From Klebsormidium nitens (Eukaryota > Plantae > Klebsormidiophyceae): a stretch of 64,000 nucleotides of DNA. Shown here piece after piece: positions 1-9,363 of the stretch. The position numbers and the translations under genes were made by a program. Numbering within the stretch: position 1 is the first letter of the stretch; the number at the start of each line of letters is the position of its first letter. Location: positions 1 to 64,000 of the forward strand of contig DF237247.1 of assembly GCA_000708835.1 (NCBI GenBank). The letters run 5' to 3'. Below the pieces are notes generated by a model. The model did not search any database and had not been told where the DNA came from. It saw only the letters and a list, made by a program, of their open reading frames with translations.

Positions 1-128
1 GCCGTCCGCGCATTCATGATCCTGCGGGCCCTGTCGTCAAAGTCGGTTTCAGCCGCGGCGTATGCCTGCTCCTGTAGCTTAACGTCCTCTACGAACACCC
101 TGACGGTCTCGATCATGTGAGTCGACAT
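1..128 (-). CDS. Partial hypothetical protein running off the window start (MSTHMIETVRVFVEDVKLQEQAYAAAETDFDDRARRIMNART...)
   Basis: Hand translation: ATG at 128-126, open to position 1; AT-rich AAAATTGG just upstream on the minus strand. Confidence 0.4.
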   Translation of the reverse strand, partial: MSTHMIETVRVFVEDVKLQEQAYAAAETDFDDRARRIMNART

Positions 129-189
129 GACGTATGCATACATGTATCCATCCAATTTTACAGGGGCGTTACAGACGCGTAGAGAGCCG

Positions 190-513
190 TCAGTAGCGCT
201 TGAACATCAGAATCTTGTAAGTAATGCAATTGGCATTGTCTATCGTAGCCAGGACGCGGAATTCGATGATCCCCGACTCATCGAGCTGGAGACCGGCGGG
301 CGGATTCTGCAGCCTATACCTGAGCAACACGCCATGGTTGGTCTGAAAACCAGATGTTGGGTCGTCCGCCCTCAGGCTCTGTGAAAGATCCCACCTGTCA
401 AACCCAACGAATGTAACCAGGACGGAGCCCGCTAGAGGGTCCGACCCCCGCCACTTGCCTCTCCTGATATATGTATCTATGAATGCCGATTTTGGCCAGT
501 CCGGAGCGTTCAA
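190..513 (-). CDS. Hypothetical protein, 107 aa
   Basis: ATG-started ORF co-oriented and tightly packed with neighbours; no recognisable motif. Confidence 0.4.
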   Translation of the reverse strand: MNAPDWPKSAFIDTYIRRGKWRGSDPLAGSVLVTFVGFDRWDLSQSLRADDPTSGFQTNHGVLLRYRLQNPPAGLQLDESGIIEFRVLATIDNANCITYKILMFKRY

Positions 514-520
514 AGTTTAT

Positions 521-1219
521 TCACAGGGTTGACCGGGTTTGGGGACGATGGGCGCCGCTGGTGTTGGTTGCATGGGGGAGTGGGACCGTGGGCACGGGTT
601 GCACTGGGGGTGGGGGAGTTGGCTTTACATCTCCATTGTTGCAGCTCCCAAGGACCCGGGTCCTGTAGTCCATGCACCAGTCTTGGGCATTATCTGCAGC
701 AACCAGTGCGTCCACCATGTATGCACCGCATGCGTAGTCGCGATACGAGATCATGAGGGTCATCGGGCCAGTTGCCGAGAGAGGGACGTCCTTCAGCGCC
801 CATGTCTCTGGGCTCCTGTCGACGAACGCCGCCGGCGTCAGATTTGCCTTCCAACGCATAAGTTTGACCTGCAAGACGCCGCTGTCGGCTGAGAGGCCCC
901 TAGTAGATGTCGCCTTGTACTCGGTGATGAACACCTCGTCGCCTGAGAAGGAAGGGTTCTGTCGAATCGCGTCACGACAAATCCTGATCGCTTGCGCACC
1001 CGTCATCTTTGCAGTACATGGAGCATACAGCTTGCTAGAAGGACTCTGACCAGCAGGTTCGTCGCCCCCGTCGCCTCTATCACTCACGACACGGTCAGAT
1101 GAAGCCCGTTCGTCGGTGCCTTTCCTTCTTGAGGCGAAATAGATGACGGCACAGACTGCCACGAGGAGCAGGCACACAGCTCCAGCAACGCATGCAATTA
1201 TTCGCGGAGTGAATTGCAT
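521..1219 (-). CDS. Membrane-anchored hypothetical protein with N-terminal TM helix and Pro-rich tail
   Basis: IIACVAGAVCLLLVAVCAVIYFA followed by basic SRRKG; several Cys; PTPPPPVQPVP near the C-terminus. Confidence 0.65.
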   Translation of the reverse strand: MQFTPRIIACVAGAVCLLLVAVCAVIYFASRRKGTDERASSDRVVSDRGDGGDEPAGQSPSSKLYAPCTAKMTGAQAIRICRDAIRQNPSFSGDEVFITEYKATSTRGLSADSGVLQVKLMRWKANLTPAAFVDRSPETWALKDVPLSATGPMTLMISYRDYACGAYMVDALVAADNAQDWCMDYRTRVLGSCNNGDVKPTPPPPVQPVPTVPLPHATNTSGAHRPQTRSTL

Positions 1220-1999
1220 TGGCCCGAGTATAATGTCGACTTAGAAAATCTACAGCAAGCCAAAATAGAACTTCAAATCCACGGGTTGGGAACCATGAAT
1301 TCATGGCGGTTCCACTGGAAGAGAACCGCCGTTATAGGCAGCCAGCCCCCTGTCGAGCTCATCAGACCTGCTTCCATAATGGTCACCCGACAGTACGCCA
1401 GGGAGAAATTCGCAGGTATTTTCAAGACAGCGGTGGACAACGGCATGGTCCTGAATGCCGAGCGGAGCGTCTTCAATTTCGCAGTTCAAGACTGCACGAA
1501 ACGGGGTCACATATCCGCATGGGAAGCACCTGAATTCAGGAGCGCATACAAACATAAGTTGAACGGTCTGCTATTCAACTTGCAGAGTTCGGAGAACCCC
1601 GAACTTCTCGCCAGCATCCTCGCTAAGGAGATCGAGTGCAAACATCTCGCGTTTCTGTCCCCCGAGGAGCTGGATCCAAAGAAATGGAAAGATATCAATG
1701 AAAGAGTGGCGCGGAGGTTTCCCACAAGAGACCCCGTAGAGGTCCCGGAGTCGGCCCTGCTCAAGTGTGGAAAGTGCAAGTCCAAACGGTGTACCTTCTA
1801 CCTGCTGCAGACTCGAAGTGCGGACGAACCGTGAGTATCCCAACATGAACATATTTTCCTAGAGAGCCCCTGCTGCTGTTTACCTTGATGCTTGTGACCA
1901 TAAGTTCAAGGGTGATTGCTAACGTATCTCATTTTTGTCGTCTGCAGCATGACATGTTATGTCACGTGCTCGAACTGTGGCAAGCGGTGGAAAATGTAG
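1214..1999 (+). CDS. TFIIS: Transcription elongation factor TFIIS, short viral type; exons 1214-1830 and 1948-1999
   Basis: Central-domain motifs YKHKLNGLLFNL and LSPEELDPKKW; zinc ribbon CGKC...YLLQTRSADEP|MTCYVTCSNCGKRWKM* is completed only by splicing a GTGAGT...CTGCAG intron (1831-1947). Real start may be a downstream ATG. Confidence 0.92.
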
Positions 2000-2113
2000 C
2001 GCTTCGGTCTGGAGCGGCGTGATGCACCTTGGCCACGTGTGCGAGCACTTTACGGGCAAAGATGGCCGCCTTGAGTGCCTGTGGCAAACGATGACGGACG
2101 TGAAACACAATAG

Positions 2114-2134
2114 CGGGACTTTGGTAAAGTCCCG
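2114..2134. terminator. Perfect 9-bp hairpin between convergent genes
   Basis: CGGGACTTT-GGT-AAAGTCCCG, ~14 nt past the stop of 2148-2483(-) and downstream of TFIIS(+). Confidence 0.5.
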
Positions 2135-2147
2135 TAATGGTGTTGTG

Positions 2148-2483
2148 CTACTTTACGAGGCACGTGTTGACGAAGAGCCCGGCCATGTTGAAGAAGAGAC
2201 CGTTCACAAAGAGGGTAGAGAGCCCCGGTCGAACCTGGCGCATGATCACTGACAGGATCATGAAAGTAATCGTAAAAGTGAAGAGCCGGTCGTAGTGGAT
2301 CACGTAATGAGGATCGTGAAACTGAGCGATATGCGCTATCACCATGTAGATGAGGATTGCTATGAGCGTGTCCGAAGCTGCATGAAAGACGTGTTCGTTT
2401 AACCCGCTCCGCATCTCTTTCTTGACCCTTCGTAGCCTCTCCACATCGTCCTCGGCCTTCCAGAGCGCCGGAGTTTCTTCCAT
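2148..2483 (-). CDS. Small multi-pass membrane protein
   Basis: Three hydrophobic stretches (LIAILIYMVIAHIA; LFTFTITFMILSVIM; LFVNGLFFNMAGLFV); start context TAAATG. Confidence 0.7.
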   Translation of the reverse strand: MEETPALWKAEDDVERLRRVKKEMRSGLNEHVFHAASDTLIAILIYMVIAHIAQFHDPHYVIHYDRLFTFTITFMILSVIMRQVRPGLSTLFVNGLFFNMAGLFVNTCLVK

Positions 2484-2537
2484 TTAGGGAGCCCTGTACC
2501 TTACATCAGGAATATAATTTCAGAGTGTATTCGGTCT

Positions 2538-3164
2538 CTAACGACGCTTAACCCGCATGAATCCACTGTAACAGTGTCTCTTGGTGAACCCGCCCTTTCG
2601 GCACCTTCCGCTCTTTGTCAAGTACTTCTTCATGCAGTGCCTCTTGGTCCACCTGAGGCACCTCTTCCCCCTCTTCTTCCTGCCGCCGGTCTTCTTCTTC
2701 CTGCTGCCGGACTTCTTCTTCCTGCCGCCGGACTTCTTCTTCCTGCCGCGGGACTTCTTCTTGTTCCTCTTCCATTTCGCCAAGGGAATATCCTGCTTGC
2801 TGCCGGACTTCCTCATGCTGCCAGTCTTCTTGCTTTTCCTAAGGGCCTTGAGCGCGGCAAGGTGCTTGTTTGCAGTTGCGAGCCGCTGCTTCATAACCTT
2901 TGCCACCGCCTTGATGTCCTTGGATCCCTTGGACTTGAGGACTGCCGTCTTGCTCTTGAGGTTCGCGCGAGCGATCTGGGCCCTCTTGCTCAGTGTGCGC
3001 AAGCCCGTCTGTGAGCTCTTCAAGTTCTTCCTCAGGGTCTTCGGGATTCCCTTGCCCCTCAGGCTCCCTGACACTTTCTGCAGCGTCTTGCCCGCCTTCT
3101 TGGAGTAGGTCACTGCCTTGCTCGTGGGGGACGCTTTCTTCGTTGCTCTCTTTGCCGGGGCCAT
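2538..3164 (-). CDS. Lys/Arg-rich basic protein (H1/protamine-like, putative DNA-condensing)
   Basis: MAPAKRATKKASPTSK N-terminus; tandem RKKKSGG/RKKKSGS/RKKKTGG repeats; C-terminal C..WTKRHC and C..GFTKRHC duplicated motif. Confidence 0.8.
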   Translation of the reverse strand: MAPAKRATKKASPTSKAVTYSKKAGKTLQKVSGSLRGKGIPKTLRKNLKSSQTGLRTLSKRAQIARANLKSKTAVLKSKGSKDIKAVAKVMKQRLATANKHLAALKALRKSKKTGSMRKSGSKQDIPLAKWKRNKKKSRGRKKKSGGRKKKSGSRKKKTGGRKKRGKRCLRWTKRHCMKKYLTKSGRCRKGGFTKRHCYSGFMRVKRR

Positions 3165-3214
3165 CTTAATCTGGTAAGGTATATGTTAGGTCCGAGAAAA
3201 AAATATGGACGCGC

Positions 3215-5092
3215 TCATATGCTTCGCCTTTCTGCAAACTGCAGCAGGGTCTCCTTGGCATCGGGGTTAAGTGAGCTCGCCTCACTTGCTGAGAGCATGA
3301 TCGAGACTTTTGGGTACAGGCTCATGCGATCCTCGTTGGTCTCACGCAGCCGCCCCTGGACCTGAGCGGTGAGAGCCTTGGATCCGATGAACAGAAAGTT
3401 GCCGTGATTCCATGCCCAATCTGGGAGCAGTCGTGCGAGCTCGCCAGGTGCCAGCACGTAGAACACGCCCTTGCCCGCATTGAAGTGCCTCTTAGGGATC
3501 GAGGTGACCACAAAAACCACAAATTGCTGCTCCTCTACGTATTGCATGGCGCCGGAGACCAGGACCGCGTTGCTATCCCCGTTGACTGTGAGGAGGAAGC
3601 CTGTATCGAAGCCGGGCCCGGTGACCACGTGAGAGGGCTCGTCCGCTGCGGGTGGTGTCCAGCCTGGGCTTGGGCCTGGTGGCGGTGTCAATCCTGGGCC
3701 TGGGCCTGGTGGCGGTGTGAAGCCTGGGCCAGGTGGCGGTGGTGGTGGCTTCGGTTTCAACGTGCCTCTCAGGATCTCCAGTGCCTCGTCGCGTGGCGTC
3801 AGCACGTAGGTGCAATGACCGGGTTGGTGCTTGATATGAAGGATTGGACGTTCCTGTGTGGCGGCATACTTGTAGAGTCCCTCGCATGGCTGCAGGCCAC
3901 CCAAGATGGTGCTGTATGGTGATGCTATCGAATAAGCAACCCCCTTCTCCACGATGATTACGAGATCTTCTTTATGTGCGTAGCCCAGAACCTCAGCGTC
4001 CGTTCCCCATGCACCATCCTTTTCCATCCGATCTAGGTAGTCCTGCCTATAGCTTTCGAGTTTCTCAGCAGAAATCGCTGCCTCCCTCTCTTTTCCTGTA
4101 AGACTCATCAAGAAGACGCCTCGGAAGAAGGTGCTTCCGAAATCTCCCACCATATATTCTAGCAATTCGTCTTCGTGTTCAAAATTTGATGCCGTTCTGA
4201 AAACAGTGGGCTGCTGTGCCAGTGCTCTGACGATAACCCTAACTCGCTCACCTTCTGTGAGGGTGATGCACGTGGCCATGTCCTCCTCCTCAGTCGTGTC
4301 AAACTCGCCCTCTGTCACTTCCTTCTGAATGATGCGGCTTACGAACTCCATGAAGCTTCTATTCAGCCAATTGTCCAAAAACACGGGAGTATGCCCTGAC
4401 CGCGGATCGTAGAGCCCCTCCGCAGGTAGGCAGCTTACGATGTGGATCAATATGCTCAGGAGGGACTCTTGCACGGGACGTCTCAGCACATCCTCGACCA
4501 CCTGCAAAATGTACGCCTAGGGTTTGCTGGAATATCCATTTAGAGGCATGCTGCAGGAATCTGTGCATGTGGTTGAATGTACAGCAGGTGCACACATGCC
4601 AAATCACAGCCCAGTCATGATCCTTACCTTTGCAAATCGGTCACCCAGGATGACAGATGGGGGGCGGGTATGCCCTTTAAAGACGGCATAAACCTTGAGA
4701 GCATCCTCCACGACTGGCAGACTTGTCTTCAAAACTGTAGCTTCGCCTTGTAAGCCTTCATTGATGGTCCTGGCCACCTGTGAACTGTTGTCTTCATCCA
4801 ACCATGGCTCCAACCATTGCTCCCAGTCTTTCCCCACGTTTTCTTCAATAAATCCCAGCGCCAGAGCCAGCCCGTCTTTGCTTTTCAGCCAGAGCCCAAG
4901 CCAACCATCAGGGTGACGCTGGTAGTACTTGGCGATCTCCACCCATGAGCACCTACAATCCTTCGTAAATAGCGCCATGTGCTTCTTCAAAGTGACAAAA
5001 GCGGAGGGACTTGAGGGGGAAATAGAGGCCAAATCAAGTCTCAATTCCGAAATCGATGTCGTCATGCATAAATTTGATGACGTCATCGACAC
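3215..5092 (-). CDS. Divergent OTU-like cysteine-protease protein with Pro-rich linker; exons 5092-4628 and 4501-3215
   Basis: In-frame phase-0 intron AAG|GTAAGG (4627)...TTTTGCAG|GTG (4502). YLDRMEKDGAWGTDAEVLGYA resembles the OTU WG..E motif, ILHIKHQPGHCTYV the His box, and TKDCRCSWVEIA a possible D-x-x-C box. Confidence 0.6.
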
Positions 5093-5147
5093 CTCAGCAC
5101 AAAAAGGAGTCGATATCTGTCAAAAGTAGGGCGGTTCTCAGTGAAAG

Positions 5148-6563
5148 ATGGAGGAATGGCGCCAACTGGTCATGAGAGAGCTGAGAGCTTGCAGTGATAG
5201 CTTGAATCTGGTACACTTACGCTCCGTTACCGACGCACTCACGAGCGCCCGCCCGGGCGCCAAATTGAATGTGATATACGACGATTCTGCCAGGATTGTG
5301 CAGGACTTCCTCGGTGAGGTGGAGAGGCTGGGGGAGCAGATGGATTGGGACGCTGGCGGCTTGCAGAAAGTACAGGACGCTGGACTTGCCCTGTATCAGA
5401 AGCTTGAGGCCCTGGACAGGAGATTGTGGCTCAGTTGCGAGGATGTTGAAGAGACTGATCAGGGGCTGTTGAAAACTCTGGTCCTGGAAAAGAAGCGCAT
5501 GGGGGAGATGCTGAGAGGGACGCGCGCCTCATATGTTAAACTGCTGGATATCGTCAAGGAGCAACCACCTTATGTAAGCTGCTGGACACTTTTTTTTTTC
5601 AAATGCTGCACACCAAGAACCCTAGAACACAATGTGTCTGAGGAATCCACATTGGCGAGTGCTTTTGCTAAAGTCTTTGCATCACTGGTTTTGCAGATCT
5701 CCCCTTCAGTGGAAGATGTGGTGCTGGAAATGTCAAAAGAGCAGCCAAGCCAGGTGAGGCGATAGCAGTACTGGTGTCCATCTTACACAGCAAAATCTAC
5801 ATCATATGATATCGGGTTCCCTTTTACCAGGATTGTTTGGAACCCTAAGAAGGTTTTCTGGTTCTCCGCAGGTATCCAAAGTTGGCCCCGGCGTTCCTGA
5901 GCAGGAGGAAGTCATGCAGCAGGTGGGTGACTGCCATGAATCGATGGGCTTGTGTGGTTGATGTAGCGAGTGTTGGATTGAGTTGGTGCATTTTCTACTG
6001 TCAATGCCAGGAATCCACCAGCTCATTCATGTGCAGGTGAAGCCTGTGAAGAAGAGGGCAACAGGGCCCAAGCGTAAAAACACAGTGCCCGGGGAGGTGT
6101 GGGTGGGGTCTGTCAGACTGAGTGTCGGCGGTGACTTGACGATTACACGCACTGTGGCAGCGCATCGGGTGAGTTCGGATACGGGGTCCGACGCAACACT
6201 TCTGTCGCATGTTGCACCTTGCACTATGCTTATGGACACGCGCCACCATCATTCACCCTGCTGACCACACACTCTTGCATTGTGCAGATGAAGGTAGATC
6301 TGCTCGCTTTGAAGTACTTTCACTGCACCAGATGCTTCAAAGGAGGGAGGCCCTACGAATACTTTGCGGTCGACATCAAGCCTCCAAAATGCCAACATGG
6401 CAAGGGCATGTATAGGAAGAAGGTGTTCGTGGTGGTCAAGGCCGGTGCACGTGGCCCATGGAAGCTGACCAAGATCCCGTGGACCTCATGCGAGAGCATT
6501 AACTTAGCAGAGGCTTACGTGAAAAAGAACAAAGACTTTGTGATGGACGCATACAAGTCATGA
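5148..6563 (+). CDS. Five-exon hypothetical protein (exons 5148-5573, 5697-5753, 5872-5922, 6037-6096, 6288-6563)
   Basis: Four canonical GT-AG phase-0 introns join into one open frame. Helical N-terminus, basic KPVKKRATGPKRK segment, C-terminal HCTRC...C.H. Confidence 0.7.
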
Positions 6564-6633
6564 CATTGAAGAACGATTGTAAATTGTGACAATTGTAAAT
6601 ATCAGGTTTGGAGCAAGAATGGTTGCTCTCTAA

Positions 6634-6918
6634 TTAAATGTGTGCGCCACCAAACACCGCTAGCCTGGCGCTGAAGAATGCACTAACTACTATGCCGTTG
6701 CTACCCATGAGCCTGGTCATATGGTGCAGCATGCTCCTCTTCTTTTCTATGGAGAGCCTCCTAAACTGTGTCCATGTTCGCGGGGCGCCGCTACTGTTCC
6801 CGAGCCCTAATGCATCGAGGGGAATGTCGTCGTAGCCCGGAAAGACTATCTCCTTCCATGCGTCGTCGGCAGGCGCCCGCTCCAGAGTGCAATTTAGGAC
6901 GCTGCGCACATTGTTCAA
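6634..6918 (-). CDS. Possible small hypothetical protein or remnant (no ATG start found)
   Basis: Open frame with protein-like composition, convergent with the previous gene across an AATTGT-G-ACAATT palindrome. Confidence 0.3.
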   Translation of the reverse strand: MNNVRSVLNCTLERAPADDAWKEIVFPGYDDIPLDALGLGNSSGAPRTWTQFRRLSIEKKRSMLHHMTRLMGSNGIVVSAFFSARLAVFGGAHI

Positions 6919-6932
6919 GGGCAGTTGAAAAC

Positions 6933-7247
6933 ATGGGGCAGAAAGAAAGTTCTCTGAGCGAGAGTGAACCTAACAACGACTGTGCTACTGTCTCGAAACA
7001 CATGGAATTTGTGTCGAGCTTCTGTGAGATGCTTCATGTTCCATGCATTGGATCCTATGTGACTGTGAAGACGCTGTATGAGCGATACATGGCCTTGGGA
7101 CACGATCCCGGAATCACCCAAGACTTTTTTCTCCACATTTTGAAGAGACTTGGCTTTGAGGACCAACTCGGGACTCGTCGGACGTCCAGCTTAATCCTGA
7201 TCCTGGATCACACCCTTCGAGATCCTGTTGATTTGCTCCTGATGTGA
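6933..7247 (+). CDS. Small protein with MGxxxS myristoylation-like start and primase/D5-C-terminal-like winged-helix pattern
   Basis: MGQKES...FVSSFCEM...YVTVKTLYERY...ITQDFFLHILKRLGF. Confidence 0.5.
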   Translation: MGQKESSLSESEPNNDCATVSKHMEFVSSFCEMLHVPCIGSYVTVKTLYERYMALGHDPGITQDFFLHILKRLGFEDQLGTRRTSSLILILDHTLRDPVDLLLM

Positions 7248-7254
7248 ACTCTTT

Positions 7255-8407
7255 CTAAGAACGTCCTGTGATCCTAGGCCTCTTTGCCTTCCGAGCCTTC
7301 AAGGCGAGAGCTGCCACGCGCCCCACATCTATGGACCCGTCCTCCCTGACCGCAGACGGCAGCTGGCTGATCATTCCCAGGGCCAGTTCAGAGCCGATCA
7401 ACCTAGAAACAGATACGACCCCGCTCCCGCGACCTCCCTCACCTCCCAAAGACTTGAACGCATCTCCCAGTTTAAGGGCATCTGCCATCCCAGACTGCTG
7501 CAGCAGCTTGCTGAATGCCTCCAAGAGGGCCTGCGCTCGGCTCGCGTCCACACCAGGCATTATGCCTCGCATCTCCTCTTCAAACATATCCACATCAAGC
7601 CCCTGAGAGCTTTGGATCACTGCCTCCAGGCTGGCTGTATCTATCGTTTCCGAGAGCTTTCTGAGAGCTGACTGAATGTAGGTAGCCTTCACGTTGATGA
7701 GGGTAGACCGCATGCTGCTCAGAATGTCTGCATAAGTGGGGGCGGCCAACTTCTCGAGAACGTACTCCCCCACCGCTTTCGAGTCCAAAGTCGACCCTCC
7801 AGACGCTTGAGCCCACTCCTTGAGCTGGGGCAGCAACTTCGACACTACGTCGAGAGGCTCTGCGTCAGCTTCCCCCAAGTCCCCGAGGTCCATGTCCACC
7901 CCCTCCAGCAGTCCCTCTATGTCCGACTCTGCCGCATATTCGTCTTTCATGCCGCTTATCGAATCACGTGCAATGGACACCAGATTCTCCACCTGCTGCA
8001 AGAAAAGGGAGGGCACGACAACTCTCTTGGTGAACACGTCGGACCAAGTCTTGGCCGCAGCCACCGTGCTCGGGTCGGCACCAGATGTCAGCCCCGTTGC
8101 ATCCCGCAGGGTCTCAAGGTGCCTGCGAGTTGCCTGCTTGGAGGCGTCGGACATCCCCAGCCACAACTTTAGCACCTCTCCCATGTGGCGCTGAAGGCTG
8201 GGACTCTCCATCAGAGCGTCTGTATCTCCATTCTGTAGCGCCGCCAGCGCATCGGGGTCTCTCTGGAAGAAGCGGAGCCACTCCGTCCGTGTGCTGCCTG
8301 CAAGCATTCTTCAGCTTGTTTCTAAACTTCTTGAGGGGTTGGTACTTTGGGAACGCTTTGGTAAGCTGGTTGACAAAGCTCACAGCGCACTGATTGAATT
8401 CTGCCAT
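7255..8407 (-). pseudogene. Frameshifted NCLDV-type conserved hypothetical protein
   Basis: N-terminus MAEFNQCAVSFVNQLTKAFPKYQPLKKF in one frame; continuation EWLRFFQRD...LWLGMSDASKQATRRHLETL in the +1 frame. Together they match, from memory, the FN...FL..L...FP / W...S..TK.A.W.YL.TL pattern of an algal-NCLDV family. The shift lies at ~8310-8220 with no usable intron. Confidence 0.55.
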
Positions 8408-8459
8408 CTCGATGCCCTACGATTTGTCCTCGAATATTTTCCGAGAGCAGGGGACGCGT

Positions 8460-8795
8460 CTAGAGACCCTCGCCGGTGGGAGCCTCGGGCATCTCGTGCA
8501 TCCCGGGCGCGTGGGGCAACTGCTGGAGCATCGGGGGCATCTGCATCATATGCGGGGGAAACATGGGGGGTGCATGGCTGTTTGACAGCAGAAGCATGGC
8601 AGACACCGTGACGAGGTAGGCCAGTAAAGCACAGACTGCCACCTTCATGGACCTCTCCAGGTTCTTCGCCTTGCGCTCTGCGGACGATTCACTTACCGCT
8701 GACGTGAGGCCCTTGTAGGAATACCAGGCCACCAGGACGCATACCATAAGAGTCACGAGAGCAATGATGTGCACGATATTCAACCAGGGAGTCAT
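8460..8795 (-). CDS. Two-TM membrane protein with Met/Pro-rich tail
   Basis: MTPWLNIVHIIALVTLMVCVLVAWY and VAVCALLAYLVTVSAMLLL; tail PPMFPPHMMQMPPM. Confidence 0.65.
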   Translation of the reverse strand: MTPWLNIVHIIALVTLMVCVLVAWYSYKGLTSAVSESSAERKAKNLERSMKVAVCALLAYLVTVSAMLLLSNSHAPPMFPPHMMQMPPMLQQLPHAPGMHEMPEAPTGEGL

Positions 8796-8874
8796 ATTAC
8801 GAGGCGGTGTTAGTAACCCCAGATATTTATTCGTCCATTTAGGGCGTGTTCGTGCGTTTGATGGGCTCTGAAAG

Positions 8875-9285
8875 ATGGACAACACGGACGAAGCGCTCAT
8901 CGGTTACCTATACGCTGCCAAGGCTCCGGACGCCAGCATCCTCAAGATTGGAAAGACCCGAAACGACCCGGGCACCTACGTGGCCAGGCGGTATGCCTAC
9001 TATCTGGAGATGACCAACCTTCTGAGGGTCTTCAACGTGGACATGGCAGAGAAGGTCGTCCATCATCGCCTCAAGCACATGCGAGCGGACCGAGGGGGTG
9101 GCAACGAGGTGTTCCATGACATGGACTGGAGGGAGGTCCAGCAGGAGTTTGAGTTTGCTGCCTGTCTCTGTAGGGACGACGCCCTCTTGAACGACTACTG
9201 CGATTCCAATAATATCCAGCAACTGAGTCGGGGCATGTCCCGAATGAACCCCCGCTACGAGAGAGTCGGTTACCTAGACGACTGA
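8875..9285 (+). CDS. T5orf172/MUG113 (GIY-YIG-like) domain protein
   Basis: GYLY...LKIGKT...R...AEKVVHHRLKHMR...NEVF pattern. Confidence 0.85.
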   Translation: MDNTDEALIGYLYAAKAPDASILKIGKTRNDPGTYVARRYAYYLEMTNLLRVFNVDMAEKVVHHRLKHMRADRGGGNEVFHDMDWREVQQEFEFAACLCRDDALLNDYCDSNNIQQLSRGMSRMNPRYERVGYLDD

Positions 9286-9363
9286 AGCTGCCGGAAACGG
9301 CCAATTCCGGAAACGAGCTCTTTAAAAGGTCAAATTTTGACGACTTGACTTTCTAAAGACAAC

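Noticed and set aside
2000-2150. Read-through of the TAG in the 2148-2483 membrane protein
   Set aside because: The downstream frame is open, but a terminator-like hairpin follows the stop directly and the extension is not convincingly protein-like.
2574-3108. Leu/Phe-rich plus-strand ORFs
   Set aside because: Antisense of the Lys-rich basic protein.
8220-8310. Programmed ribosomal frameshift
   Set aside because: No slippery heptamer or downstream structure seen.
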